Below are positions 19,251-29,273 of a DNA stretch of 64,000 bases, one piece after another. Within the stretch, counting starts at the first letter, position 1. Every line of letters begins with the position of its first letter. The translations under genes were made by a program, and so were the position numbers. The notes under the pieces were generated by a model. It had not been told where the DNA came from, ran no database searches, and was given only the letters and a program-made list of their open reading frames with translations. This stretch comes from a virus. The DNA lies in IMG/VR virus record IMGVR_UViG_3300046832_000578, one strand, 5' to 3'.

Positions 19251-19851
19251 AGAAATTGTAGGAACAACTGATCAAATTTCAATTCAGATTATTCGTGGAG
19301 AACCACAGGTGCGTAAACTAATCGCTGTGGGTGGTCAACCTGGAACTGGTAAAACCACTCTATTCCGTAAGTTTATGGAGAAGTATCAATGGGAGAAAGT
19401 CGAACCTAAAAAGATGCTTCCTGCTCTATATTGTAAAGAACTAGACCTATACATTCTAGGTAAGTATGATGATGGAGAAACCTTTGCTGGTACAGATCGT
19501 CTAAGTATGGCTGTTCAACCAGTGGCACAGGAGTTTGTTAGAGAGACCACCTCCAATATTCTATTCGAGGGAGACCGAATCTTTAATCAGTCCTTCCTAG
19601 AGTTTGCAATGGGACTTCCTAATACAGATCTTCAGGTAATTTACCTTAAAGTTCCAGATGCTATGCTAAAAGAACGCTATGCAGAACGAGGATCCGACCA
19701 ATCTGAGACTTTCCTAAAAGGTCGTGCGACTAAATATAGTAATATATTGTCTAATTTTGAACTGATGCCCTACATTACAGAGTTCGTTAATACTAACTTA
19801 GAGGAGCAGGGAAAGGTTTTGAGTTTCTTGGAAGGACATTTCAAGAGATAA
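19243..19851 (+). CDS. P-loop nucleotide kinase associated with the DNA modification cluster
   Basis: GGQPGTGKTT Walker A, GTDRLSM, LFEGDR, ERGSDQ. Confidence 0.8.
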   Translation: MLKEIVGTTDQISIQIIRGEPQVRKLIAVGGQPGTGKTTLFRKFMEKYQWEKVEPKKMLPALYCKELDLYILGKYDDGETFAGTDRLSMAVQPVAQEFVRETTSNILFEGDRIFNQSFLEFAMGLPNTDLQVIYLKVPDAMLKERYAERGSDQSETFLKGRATKYSNILSNFELMPYITEFVNTNLEEQGKVLSFLEGHFKR

Positions 19852-19872
19852 AATGCCTTTCTAGGATGTAAA

Positions 19873-20589
19873 ATGAAGTTCCTAGAAAATGCCAATTTCG
19901 ACTGGATGGATCTACTCAACTTTGGGGAACGACCATTCAGAGCGAAGTTCATTCCTGCAAAGGTTTGGAAAGATCTTGATCTCTATCGCAACGATGGCAA
20001 GGGTCTTTCCAACTACTTCCGTAAGTGGCGAACAAAGATAGAGTTTCGACCAGAGCCATCCAAAGCCAAGATGTATGAATCCTATGTGGCTTGTGGTGGA
20101 GAATACGATCCCACTACTCGCCAGTCTACAATATTCATCTACACCTATTACTTCGATGAATTCCCATTCACAGATAAAACTTGGGACAAATTCAAGTATC
20201 GTCTAATTCAAGTGACTATGCATGAGTTAATACACTTCATGCAGTTCGATCGTAGAGGAGACGAGTGGAGTGGGTATGTAGTTCCTTACAAAAAGGTTAA
20301 GTCACAAAAGAAGAACGACGAGAGAAAGTATCTCTCTGAGTTTGATGAAATACAAGCATATGCACATTGCTGTTTGTTAGACTTTAAAACCTATCGTCCA
20401 AATGTTCCTATTGACATTCTGTTATCTCGTGCAAAGAAATACAGAGACTCATCAACCCTTAGATCCTATCTAAAGTCCTTCAATTACGACTACAAGAACA
20501 ATGTTGCAATCCCAAAGATTATGCAACAGATTATCAAGTGGGATCGTAAATATCAAAAAACAGTCCGAGCATCTCGTCGTCCTAAATAA
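19873..20589 (+). CDS. HExxH zincin-like metalloprotein
   Basis: MHELIHFMQ...EIQAYA. Confidence 0.6.
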   Translation: MKFLENANFDWMDLLNFGERPFRAKFIPAKVWKDLDLYRNDGKGLSNYFRKWRTKIEFRPEPSKAKMYESYVACGGEYDPTTRQSTIFIYTYYFDEFPFTDKTWDKFKYRLIQVTMHELIHFMQFDRRGDEWSGYVVPYKKVKSQKKNDERKYLSEFDEIQAYAHCCLLDFKTYRPNVPIDILLSRAKKYRDSSTLRSYLKSFNYDYKNNVAIPKIMQQIIKWDRKYQKTVRASRRPK

Positions 20590-20611
20590 TTAGTATTTAC
20601 TAATAGGGACA

Positions 20612-21424
20612 GTGATGGCAGCACAACAGGGCTTCGCCTACGAAAACAATGCATACAAAGCACTTGCCAAATTCGGTATCAGTGCTGGGTCAGGTGCAGC
20701 TGGAGCATCGTCCGATCGCCCAGATCTAGAAATCAAACTTATTAGAGATAAAACAGGTGTCAATAAAGAGGGATGCGAGTTAAAGATTGCACCCACTGCA
20801 GCAGGTTCACTAGTCCTTAAATACTATGATGGTAAATGGGCATATGGTGTGACTGATGATGATCCTGAAAAGGAATTATTAGTAGCACTTGGAAACAAAT
20901 ACAAACTATTAAATGAGATGAATGTCTCAGGTACATATGGTAAGAATTGGAGAGGTAAAGTTCCTTTTTTACAAAATGATAAAGCAGGTAAGAAGATTGT
21001 TCCAAGTGGTAAGACTAAAGCAGATGCCTACAAAGAAGACATAAAGCAGTTTAGTGGTCCAAACGAAGTCCATATACCTGTCCCAGCCAAAGCAATTTGC
21101 GACTACTACAACTCGAAGAAGTGTGCATATATTAATGTTGGCACACATGGATTCTTTTTACTAAACAAAGCAGATCCATTAAAACTAAATCAAAAACTGA
21201 AGAATAAAATCCCAGACTTTGCTGACATTGCATCATCTAGAATTAGAGTGCGATGCCAATATAAAGGTTCTGGAGATTATCAATTCGTCATGACATTAGA
21301 GTTTAGTAAAATGGCTAAATCATTATATAATATTGCACCAGTTATGAATGCATCCAATATAACAATTAATGAGATGGCATATCAGACAGAGTACAACAAA
21401 CAGTTAATCGGAGCATTTGCGTAA
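20612..21424 (+). CDS. putative PD-(D/E)XK nuclease-like protein
   Basis: GFAYE...RPDL...GCELK; preceded by late-type CTAAATA. Confidence 0.55.
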   Translation: MMAAQQGFAYENNAYKALAKFGISAGSGAAGASSDRPDLEIKLIRDKTGVNKEGCELKIAPTAAGSLVLKYYDGKWAYGVTDDDPEKELLVALGNKYKLLNEMNVSGTYGKNWRGKVPFLQNDKAGKKIVPSGKTKADAYKEDIKQFSGPNEVHIPVPAKAICDYYNSKKCAYINVGTHGFFLLNKADPLKLNQKLKNKIPDFADIASSRIRVRCQYKGSGDYQFVMTLEFSKMAKSLYNIAPVMNASNITINEMAYQTEYNKQLIGAFA

Positions 21425-22644
21425 TGTTAAATTTTAAATCATTCTTAAAAGAAGAAACTTTACTAGTAGAGAAAGCACTGAGCAGTGCAGTGGACAGTGA
21501 TGACAAAGGTAAGTTACACGAAATCCTTTTATCAAAATATCTACATCCAGAAACTAAATTACCTGCTCATCATCGTGCAGAATCTGAAAATGAAGACCAT
21601 GCTGGCACACCACAGCAAGTGCATGATCGCTTAAAGAAAAAAATTGGCGACGCTGCATATAACGAAATTGATTCTCATGCAAAGTCTACAGCCAAAGCAT
21701 TACACGATCATTTAATACAACAGGGACATATCAAACCTGGACATAAGATTGGAAATGTTTACTGGACATCCAACGCTGACAAACCAAACAAACCTGGAGA
21801 TCATGAGAAAACTACTGGCATTAAAGATGTGAACTCAAATGCAGATTTAATCGTAGAAATTCATGATAAAAATGGTAAGGTTATTGGACATCATGGAATC
21901 TCAGCAAAGTATGGAACAAACAAACAACCAAACTATCGCAATCCAGGACTTGACTCTTTAGAGAAAACTGCAAACATTGCAGCAGGTTCTTTAAATTCAC
22001 ATTTAAAAGTTCATGCATCAGCGATGGAAAAATTAGGTTACACTGGTTCTGCAGAGGATCGTCATGCTCAATACAAGGCAGACAGTTTGGGTATTGATAA
22101 AGTAAGAGCAGAACACGCTCGTCTTTCTGGATTACTTTCTTCTGGTAGAAAGTTATCCGCAAAAGAAAAGAATACACATAAACATTTTGAGATGTTTGTT
22201 AATGCTCATGACAACCATAAGAAACCAGATGAGTTTCTACAGATGGCTGCAGCAAGAGCAAAGTCTGCAGAAGAAGGTGCATTGATTGCTAAACGAGCAA
22301 TCGCCAAGAAATTTGCAGATGGTTTGGCTACACATGATGATACTAAACTTAGAGAAATTGTTAATCAGCATGTATCCGCACCAACTAAAATCCCGCACAC
22401 TGTGGCACACTCTCATGTTCAAGATGATGGTTCATCAAAACCTGTAGTAAAACCTGCACATAAAATTGCTGATGAACACTTAGATAATTTTGAAAATCTT
22501 CATGTAGTTCATAATGGTGGCATTGCTGTCAACATTAAGGGTACACATAAGAAAACTGGTAAGATTATGAATGTGGCGACCATGACTATAAAGGGATCTT
22601 CTGGTCCACACAAGGGAGCCAACGGCACTTTCACTCTAGGATAA
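21424..22644 (+). CDS. putative internal head protein with restriction-endonuclease-like motif
   Basis: N-terminal MLNFKSFLKEE; NADLIV...GISAK. Confidence 0.55.
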   Translation: MLNFKSFLKEETLLVEKALSSAVDSDDKGKLHEILLSKYLHPETKLPAHHRAESENEDHAGTPQQVHDRLKKKIGDAAYNEIDSHAKSTAKALHDHLIQQGHIKPGHKIGNVYWTSNADKPNKPGDHEKTTGIKDVNSNADLIVEIHDKNGKVIGHHGISAKYGTNKQPNYRNPGLDSLEKTANIAAGSLNSHLKVHASAMEKLGYTGSAEDRHAQYKADSLGIDKVRAEHARLSGLLSSGRKLSAKEKNTHKHFEMFVNAHDNHKKPDEFLQMAAARAKSAEEGALIAKRAIAKKFADGLATHDDTKLREIVNQHVSAPTKIPHTVAHSHVQDDGSSKPVVKPAHKIADEHLDNFENLHVVHNGGIAVNIKGTHKKTGKIMNVATMTIKGSSGPHKGANGTFTLG

Positions 22645-22708
22645 TCCCCTCAAGTCTGTAGGGTTATTACAGAAAGGTGTTGTCTTTAATTGCAACTTGC
22701 GGTATAAT
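22645..22708 (+). promoter_or_regulatory. early promoter with degenerate upstream palindrome
   Basis: ...GTAGGGTT then TTGTCT-17-TATAAT (22680-22708). Confidence 0.75.
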
Positions 22709-22714
22709 AAAGGT

Positions 22715-23335
22715 ATGAAAAGGTTTAGAGAATACATAGAAGAAGCGGTGGTAGAGCCGACTGGGAGTCTAACGATATTCGATATCGATGACACTCTATT
22801 CCACACCACTGCTCAAATCGCAGTTGTCAAAGATGGTAAGACTATCGCCAAACTTACCAATCAAGAATTCAACAACTACAAATTAGGCGACGGAGAGTCG
22901 TTTGACTTCTCTGAGTTTAAAGATGCTCATAAGTTCTATCATGAAAGCAAACCAATTGGTAGAATGCTGGCAAAAGCCAAAGCAATCTTGACTAACTCTA
23001 TTAAGAATCCGTTGAGTAAAGTTATCATTCTTACTGCTCGTGCAAACTTTGATGATAGAGATAAATTCCTATCAACATTTCGTAAGTATGGGTTCGACAT
23101 CGATAAAGTTCGTGTTGAAAGAGCAGGTGAATTAGTTGGCAATGAGATTCCAGCTATCAAGAAAGTAGTCATCGTTAGGAAATATCTACAAAGCAATCAA
23201 TACGGTAAAGTGAGATTGTTTGATGACTCGATGAGTAATCTACGAGAGTTCTTAAAATTAAGAACAGAGTTTAAGAATATTAAGTTCGAAGCATTCTTCG
23301 CAAATCCAGATGGTTCAGTAAAGGTTATTAAGTGA
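22715..23335 (+). CDS. HAD-superfamily phosphatase
   Basis: IFDIDDTLF, ILTAR, LFDD motifs. Confidence 0.8.
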   Translation: MKRFREYIEEAVVEPTGSLTIFDIDDTLFHTTAQIAVVKDGKTIAKLTNQEFNNYKLGDGESFDFSEFKDAHKFYHESKPIGRMLAKAKAILTNSIKNPLSKVIILTARANFDDRDKFLSTFRKYGFDIDKVRVERAGELVGNEIPAIKKVVIVRKYLQSNQYGKVRLFDDSMSNLREFLKLRTEFKNIKFEAFFANPDGSVKVIK

Positions 23336-24561
23336 AAACACTAAAGAATTACATCGTTGAACAAAAGAATACTCACATGACTCATGTGGAAGATCTGGTA
23401 TTCGATGGTGGTGTTGATGGTACTCGTCAAGCAATTAAGTTTCTTCAAGATCTTCGTGATATGCTTGCTGGAAATTCTAAAACTAAAATTACTGCCACTG
23501 TAAAGTGGGATGGTGCACCTGCAGTTTTTGCTGGTATCGATCCAACAGATAAGAAGTTCTTTGTTGCTAAGAAAGGTGTCTTCAATAAGAATCCAATAGT
23601 TTATAAAACAAATGCGCAGATTGATGCCGATACCTCTGGCGATCTTGCTGCAAAGTTAAAGGTGGCTCTTGCTGAGTTTAAGAAACTCGGTATTAAGTCT
23701 GGCGTGTATCAAGGTGATCTTATGTTCACTGACGATAAAAAGATTGTCACTATTGATGGACAAAAGTATGTTACCTTCCATCCAAATACAATCGTCTATG
23801 CTGTTCCTGTTGGCACAGAGTTGGCCAATAAGATTATGAAAGCAAAAATTGGTGTAGTGTGGCATACTACATATACTGGCACTACATTTGAGTCAATGAC
23901 TGCATCGTTTGGCAAATCAATCGTGTCAAAGATGACACCATCTGCATCTGTTTGGATGGACGATGCAAACTATAAAGATTACTCTGGCACTGCCACATTC
24001 ACTCATGAGCAAACCAAAGAACTAACTACCATTCTGTCACAGGCTGGAACATTGTTTAGTTCTATTCCTGCTGCAACTCTTAATGCCATTAAAGACAATG
24101 AAGATCTTAATATGGCAGTCAATACATACAACAACTCTAAAGTTCGTGCTGGCGAACAAATCACCGACACTCATGCTCATGTAGTTGGTCTGTTCAATTA
24201 TATTCACGATAAGTATCAAGGTGAAATTGATAAACTAAAAACAGAAAAAGGTAAAGCAGGTAAAGAAGAAAAAAGAAAATCAGTTTTATCTTTCTTCGCA
24301 ACCCATGACAAAGCAGAGATTGTAAAGATATTTGATTTGGTTAATTTACTCGCCAAAGCAAAACTGATGATTATAACAAAGATGAATGAAGCAGGACACA
24401 TTAGCACATTCCTTAGAACTACTGCTGGTTATAAAGCTACTGGTGTTGAAGGATTTGTTGCTATTGATCACCTAACTGGTGGAGCAGTTAAGATTGTAGA
24501 TCGTTTAGAGTTTAGCAAGTCTAACTTCTCTGCTGATATTATTAAAGGATGGCAACGATGA
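23332..24561 (+). CDS. conserved T4-like protein with ligase-type nucleotidyltransferase motifs
   Basis: TVKWDGAP (KxDG), QGDLMF, EGFV, KIVDRLEFS. Confidence 0.7.
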   Translation: MKTLKNYIVEQKNTHMTHVEDLVFDGGVDGTRQAIKFLQDLRDMLAGNSKTKITATVKWDGAPAVFAGIDPTDKKFFVAKKGVFNKNPIVYKTNAQIDADTSGDLAAKLKVALAEFKKLGIKSGVYQGDLMFTDDKKIVTIDGQKYVTFHPNTIVYAVPVGTELANKIMKAKIGVVWHTTYTGTTFESMTASFGKSIVSKMTPSASVWMDDANYKDYSGTATFTHEQTKELTTILSQAGTLFSSIPAATLNAIKDNEDLNMAVNTYNNSKVRAGEQITDTHAHVVGLFNYIHDKYQGEIDKLKTEKGKAGKEEKRKSVLSFFATHDKAEIVKIFDLVNLLAKAKLMIITKMNEAGHISTFLRTTAGYKATGVEGFVAIDHLTGGAVKIVDRLEFSKSNFSADIIKGWQR

Positions 24562-24905
24562 AAAAACTTATAGTAGTTCTAGCACTTGCTTTATCTGGTT
24601 GTGCATTTATTTTTCCAAAGCCACATGATCCAGTAATGTTTGGATATATGGTTGATGTTAAAGTTGGATTGAGTAAGGTTACTTGTGATGCAAAACAAGA
24701 GTGGAAACCTGTAATGGAAAGAATCGAGACTGTTAAAGTCTATTCTGATTTAAGAGGTGATCCACAGGCTCCAGCATTAAAGAGTTTACAAGATGCTGTC
24801 ACTAAAGCATATGATAGTAAGAGTGTTACCTTTTGTGAAAGTGTCCTAAAACTTAACAGAACTAGAGTCGATGTCGCCATCGATGCATGGAAAGGAAGAA
24901 AATGA
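24558..24905 (+). CDS. lipoprotein
   Basis: lipobox LALSGC. Confidence 0.7.
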   Translation: MKKLIVVLALALSGCAFIFPKPHDPVMFGYMVDVKVGLSKVTCDAKQEWKPVMERIETVKVYSDLRGDPQAPALKSLQDAVTKAYDSKSVTFCESVLKLNRTRVDVAIDAWKGRK

Positions 24906-25138
24906 GCATAATGAATTCTCTAAGAGAACAAGCAGGACTTGGTGGTCCAGCTGCAGTATTAGCCAACGAAATGTTAGTAATTCGTGAGAACTATGAGCAA
25001 GGACAACTAACCAAAGAAGAATACGAGTTTCTATTACAAGAGATCGCCAGCATCCGTGCACAACAAGACTTAGCGTCAGACGAGATCGCTTGTCGTTGGA
25101 TCGTTGCTGCAGCAGAGGCATTGATTGCAGTAGCATAA
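24902..25138 (+). CDS. hypothetical protein
   Basis: coupled ORF. Confidence 0.6.
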   Translation: MSIMNSLREQAGLGGPAAVLANEMLVIRENYEQGQLTKEEYEFLLQEIASIRAQQDLASDEIACRWIVAAAEALIAVA

Positions 25139-25180
25139 CTCCTAAATAATGTAGTAAAACCCTTTTTATAGATGGATTAA

Positions 25181-28100
25181 ATGAAAGATTACAAACAACT
25201 AATCAAAGAACTACCTGCAAAGTCCGTAGTTTTCGCATTCGGGAGATTTAATCCCCCAACTATCGGACACGAACTGTTAGTCAAAGCTGTTAAGAAATTG
25301 GCTCAGCAAAGAAACGCTGACCATGTAATCTATGCATCTAGGTCACAAGATGCTAAAAAGAATCCCCTATCTGTAGAGAAAAAGGTTAAGTATCTTAAGC
25401 TGATGTTTAAGAGCACTAACTTTGCTGCAGCCAATGATCAAGAAAGAACCTTCATTGAAGCAGCAAAGGCACTGAATAAGAAGTATAAGAACATTATTAT
25501 GATTGCTGGTTCAGATCGTATTGCTGAATTTAAACGATTGTTAAATACCTATAACGGTAAAGATTTTAATTTCGATACCATTGAAGTTGTATCTGCAGGT
25601 GAAAGAGATCCTGATGCGGATGACGCTACAGGTATGTCTGCATCTAAGATGCGTAGTCTTGCTGTTAAAGGTAGCTACTCAGAATTTAAGAAAGGTTTAC
25701 CTTCCACTGTCCGTGACATTGATGGTAAACGATTGATGAATGACATTCGTGATGGTATGGGTCTTGAACCCATCAAAGAACAGATTGTTCTTGTTAAAGA
25801 TGAACTTCGTGAGAAGTTTTTTCGTGGAGAGATCTTTAATGAGGGAGATATTGTAGAGTCCGCTGGCGAAAGATTTACTATCGTTAAGCGTGGTTCAAAT
25901 CATTTACTACTAAAAGAAGCATCTGGAAACCTAGTATCAAAGTGGATTCAAGATGTTCAACCAACAGAAGAAAAAGAAGATATGAACGAAGAACTTACAG
26001 ATAAAACATTAAGACCGACTGATAAGATTAAAGTCGCTCGTATTATCGCAACCATGCTTGGTGTTGATAATGCAGAGACATCATCTAATCCAGAGAATCT
26101 TATCAATCAAGCACTGCGCAAAGTTCGCACGAAGGCACTTAATCCAGAAGCACTTCATATCCTCGATAAAATGCTTAATCTTGCCACAGAGCAAGGTATT
26201 CAATACGATGCTACATTAAAACCATCTAAGTTAAAAGAAGGTGTAACGCAGATTGGTGGCACAGATAAGATTGAGACAACTACAGATTCAGTTGTTGTGA
26301 ATAAGAACAGTAAGTATAATATTGCAAAAGATATTCTTCGTTTCAATGACTTTAAAAAACTACAAAAGATGAATTCTGTTAAAGAGGAAGAAGAAATAAA
26401 AACTCCAGGACAGACAAATCAAATTGGTGGCACATTAACATCAAGTGATACTTCAGATAATCTTCGTCGTCGCAAGATTAAATATCATTTAGGCGAACAG
26501 AATAAACCTCCTCATGTAGACATGTCTGCATATGAAGATGAATCTGCACATGAGAATACTGTTGATCATATTATTAGCAGTCCAGAACATACTGAAAAAC
26601 AAAAGAAATTAGCAAAATTATTTATCGATAAACTTCGTAGTGTCACTGAGCAAGATGATAGTGCAGCAAAAGAAACTGCCAAAGCAAATCTAATGGCTAA
26701 ACATGCCAGAGAAAAACAATCTCTTGCCGATAAACAGACTAGAGAAAAAGAATCATTAAAAGAAGAACATATTGTTCATGTTGATGATGGTAGTAACTAT
26801 GGTGACAAACCACATCCTAAAGATGTAGAGCATGTCAATGCTGGAGTTAAAAAACATGGTGGTGAATTTGATGGGCATTCAGACAAAGGTGCTTACTTTA
26901 AATTTAACTCTAAGTCAGACGCTAAAAACTTTGCTGATCATGTTAAAAAATCACCACATAAATCTGTTTATGCAGACCTACATGAAGAAGTTCAATTAGA
27001 AGAAGCGACTGTTAAGACTCAAAAGTATTCATGGGGAACTATGAAAACTGTTCATCATGGTGCTGACTTCTCTATTCCTCTGCACCCAGAACATCACCAA
27101 GCAATCGCAAAGTTAAAAGATGAGCAGGAGCATAAGTTTAAAACTGAAGATGGAAAACATTGGACTGCTCGTCGTAAAGGCGATGAAGTTCATTTCCAAG
27201 GTGCTAACAATGGTGGTTCTACTAAAGTTAAACACGCTGATCTAAAAGAAGAAGTACAAATCTGCGAAACAGCAGACGCTGGTCTTGCTGCCAAAGCAGA
27301 GAAGTCAGGTGTTTCAATTGGTACACTACGTAAAGTATACAAGCGTGGTGTTGCTGCTTGGAACTCTGGTCATCGTCCAGGAACTACTCCACAGCAGTGG
27401 GGTATGGCTCGTGTAAACTCTTACATCACTAAAGGTAAGGGAACATATCATGGTGCTGATAAAGATCTACGTGAAGAAGAAATTCAAGAGAACAATCTAC
27501 CTGAAGTTCCAAAACATAAAGAGTCTGGTCTTCCAAAGAAGTATGTAGCTGGATTGTCTGACGCAACTGCAAAGGCACGTGCTGCTCATTTCGATAAAGC
27601 CGATAAGTTGTCAGATAAAGATCCTGAAGCATATAAACCAGCACCTGGAGATGCAACTGCTAAAACTAAGCCAAGCAAACATACATTAAAGTATCGTGCC
27701 ATGTTCGGTGAAGACATGTGCGAAGAATTGTATGAAGCATGTTGGGATACTCACAAGCAAGTTGGTATGAAGAAGAAAGGTAATCGTATGGTTCCTGACT
27801 GTGTACCAAAGAACGAGGAAGCAGAAGTTTGTCCAGTTTGTAATAAAAGTCCATGTGAGTGTGATAAACCAAGTGCTGGTCCAGTAACAACAGACAAACC
27901 ATTTGATGCATTCTTTAAAGAAGATGAAGATGAGTTTGACTTTCCAGAACCATCTGATGACGAGATTGAAAGTATGGCAGATGAATTATCAGATGATGAT
28001 TACCTAGACACTTATGAAGAAGATGAACTAGGCATTGTTGATGATGAGACTGGAGAAGAATTACCAGAAGATGAAGAGGAAGAAAAGAAACTCAAAGAAT

Positions 28101-28462
28101 CTGCTCTGATGGAAGTACTATCCCGCATCGAACGAATGAAAGCCAAAGCAAGAATTCGTCGCACATCAGCAAAACGTGAACGAGCAACCAAGATTGCATT
28201 AAAGCGTTATTCAAATACTGCTACAATTAACAAACGAGCACGCAGACTTGCAATTAAACTAATGAAGAAAAGATTGCTTCGTGGTAGAGATCCATCAAAG
28301 GTTTCTGTTGGCGAAAAAGAAAGAATCGAAAGAACATTAGAAAAAAGAAAAGCAGTTATTGGTCGTATTGCCACTCGCTTAGCACCTCGTGTTCGTAAAG
28401 TAGAAAAAGCAAGATTGTCTCATACAAAATACACTCAAGGGAGCCAGCCAAGTGTCTTTTAA
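25181..28462 (+). CDS. large multidomain protein with N-terminal HIGH-type cytidylyl/nucleotidyltransferase domain
   Basis: FGRFNPPTIGH, AGSDR, SAGERDPD, MSASKMR; acidic and basic C-terminal tracts. Confidence 0.8.
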   Translation: MKDYKQLIKELPAKSVVFAFGRFNPPTIGHELLVKAVKKLAQQRNADHVIYASRSQDAKKNPLSVEKKVKYLKLMFKSTNFAAANDQERTFIEAAKALNKKYKNIIMIAGSDRIAEFKRLLNTYNGKDFNFDTIEVVSAGERDPDADDATGMSASKMRSLAVKGSYSEFKKGLPSTVRDIDGKRLMNDIRDGMGLEPIKEQIVLVKDELREKFFRGEIFNEGDIVESAGERFTIVKRGSNHLLLKEASGNLVSKWIQDVQPTEEKEDMNEELTDKTLRPTDKIKVARIIATMLGVDNAETSSNPENLINQALRKVRTKALNPEALHILDKMLNLATEQGIQYDATLKPSKLKEGVTQIGGTDKIETTTDSVVVNKNSKYNIAKDILRFNDFKKLQKMNSVKEEEEIKTPGQTNQIGGTLTSSDTSDNLRRRKIKYHLGEQNKPPHVDMSAYEDESAHENTVDHIISSPEHTEKQKKLAKLFIDKLRSVTEQDDSAAKETAKANLMAKHAREKQSLADKQTREKESLKEEHIVHVDDGSNYGDKPHPKDVEHVNAGVKKHGGEFDGHSDKGAYFKFNSKSDAKNFADHVKKSPHKSVYADLHEEVQLEEATVKTQKYSWGTMKTVHHGADFSIPLHPEHHQAIAKLKDEQEHKFKTEDGKHWTARRKGDEVHFQGANNGGSTKVKHADLKEEVQICETADAGLAAKAEKSGVSIGTLRKVYKRGVAAWNSGHRPGTTPQQWGMARVNSYITKGKGTYHGADKDLREEEIQENNLPEVPKHKESGLPKKYVAGLSDATAKARAAHFDKADKLSDKDPEAYKPAPGDATAKTKPSKHTLKYRAMFGEDMCEELYEACWDTHKQVGMKKKGNRMVPDCVPKNEEAEVCPVCNKSPCECDKPSAGPVTTDKPFDAFFKEDEDEFDFPEPSDDEIESMADELSDDDYLDTYEEDELGIVDDETGEELPEDEEEEKKLKESALMEVLSRIERMKAKARIRRTSAKRERATKIALKRYSNTATINKRARRLAIKLMKKRLLRGRDPSKVSVGEKERIERTLEKRKAVIGRIATRLAPRVRKVEKARLSHTKYTQGSQPSVF

Positions 28463-28742
28463 ATCTTTTAAATCGTGGCTTGAAGAAGCAGCAGTTGATG
28501 CCAAAGGACACAAGTCTTCAACTGGTGGTTTAACTCAAAAGGGTCGTGATGCATACAATGCTAAAGGTGCTAATTTACAAGCACCAGTTACCACACCACC
28601 TTCTAAATTAAAACCTGATAGCAAAGCAGCAAAACGCAGAAAATCTTTCTGTGCACGTATGGGTGGTATGGAAGGTGCAATGAAAGACGATAAAGGTCGC
28701 CCGACTCGTAAAGCACTTGCACTTAGAAAGTGGAACTGCTAA
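28452..28742 (+). CDS. small basic protein (RRKSFCARM...ALRKWNC family)
   Basis: recurring T4-like phage domain. Confidence 0.75.
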   Translation: MSFKSFKSWLEEAAVDAKGHKSSTGGLTQKGRDAYNAKGANLQAPVTTPPSKLKPDSKAAKRRKSFCARMGGMEGAMKDDKGRPTRKALALRKWNC

Positions 28743-29227
28743 TGTCACTCAAGCACATAATCAAACACACTGAAACTGAAATTGTTTTTAAGTGTTACGT
28801 AACAGCTGCTGGAGGTGCTGATGTGGATATCAGTATTCAAAATGACTGTACAAAATCTACACAAGCATATGTAGCACCAACATCTATTCCAGATGAATCT
28901 GGTGGAGCGTTTGTTAATTATACTGGATCTAGAGTTTATATCACTGGTATCTGGTGGGGTATAAAATCTGGTAAGCAGCTAGATATTTCAAGAATTATTG
29001 ATACTACTCCAAACCCAGACACACTACATGGGCATTATTATCTTATGCAAACTGGTTTTCATGATTTCCATGACTTTGCAGATAGAGTTTATGCCAACAA
29101 AGATCTTCGACTAACATTCGATGGTCCAGGACATTGTATTCTTCGCCTACGTAAAGAAGGTTGGAATCCTAAAGTTGAGACTGCTGTATTTGGTCCATAC
29201 GATAACGAAACTGCGGTAGGTTCATAA
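28742..29227 (+). CDS. hypothetical, probably virion protein
   Basis: ORF in late region. Confidence 0.6.
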   Translation: MSLKHIIKHTETEIVFKCYVTAAGGADVDISIQNDCTKSTQAYVAPTSIPDESGGAFVNYTGSRVYITGIWWGIKSGKQLDISRIIDTTPNPDTLHGHYYLMQTGFHDFHDFADRVYANKDLRLTFDGPGHCILRLRKEGWNPKVETAVFGPYDNETAVGS

Positions 29228-29273
29228 TAGAACTGTTAATTAAAACTAAATAAGAAATAACTGGAGAAGAAAC

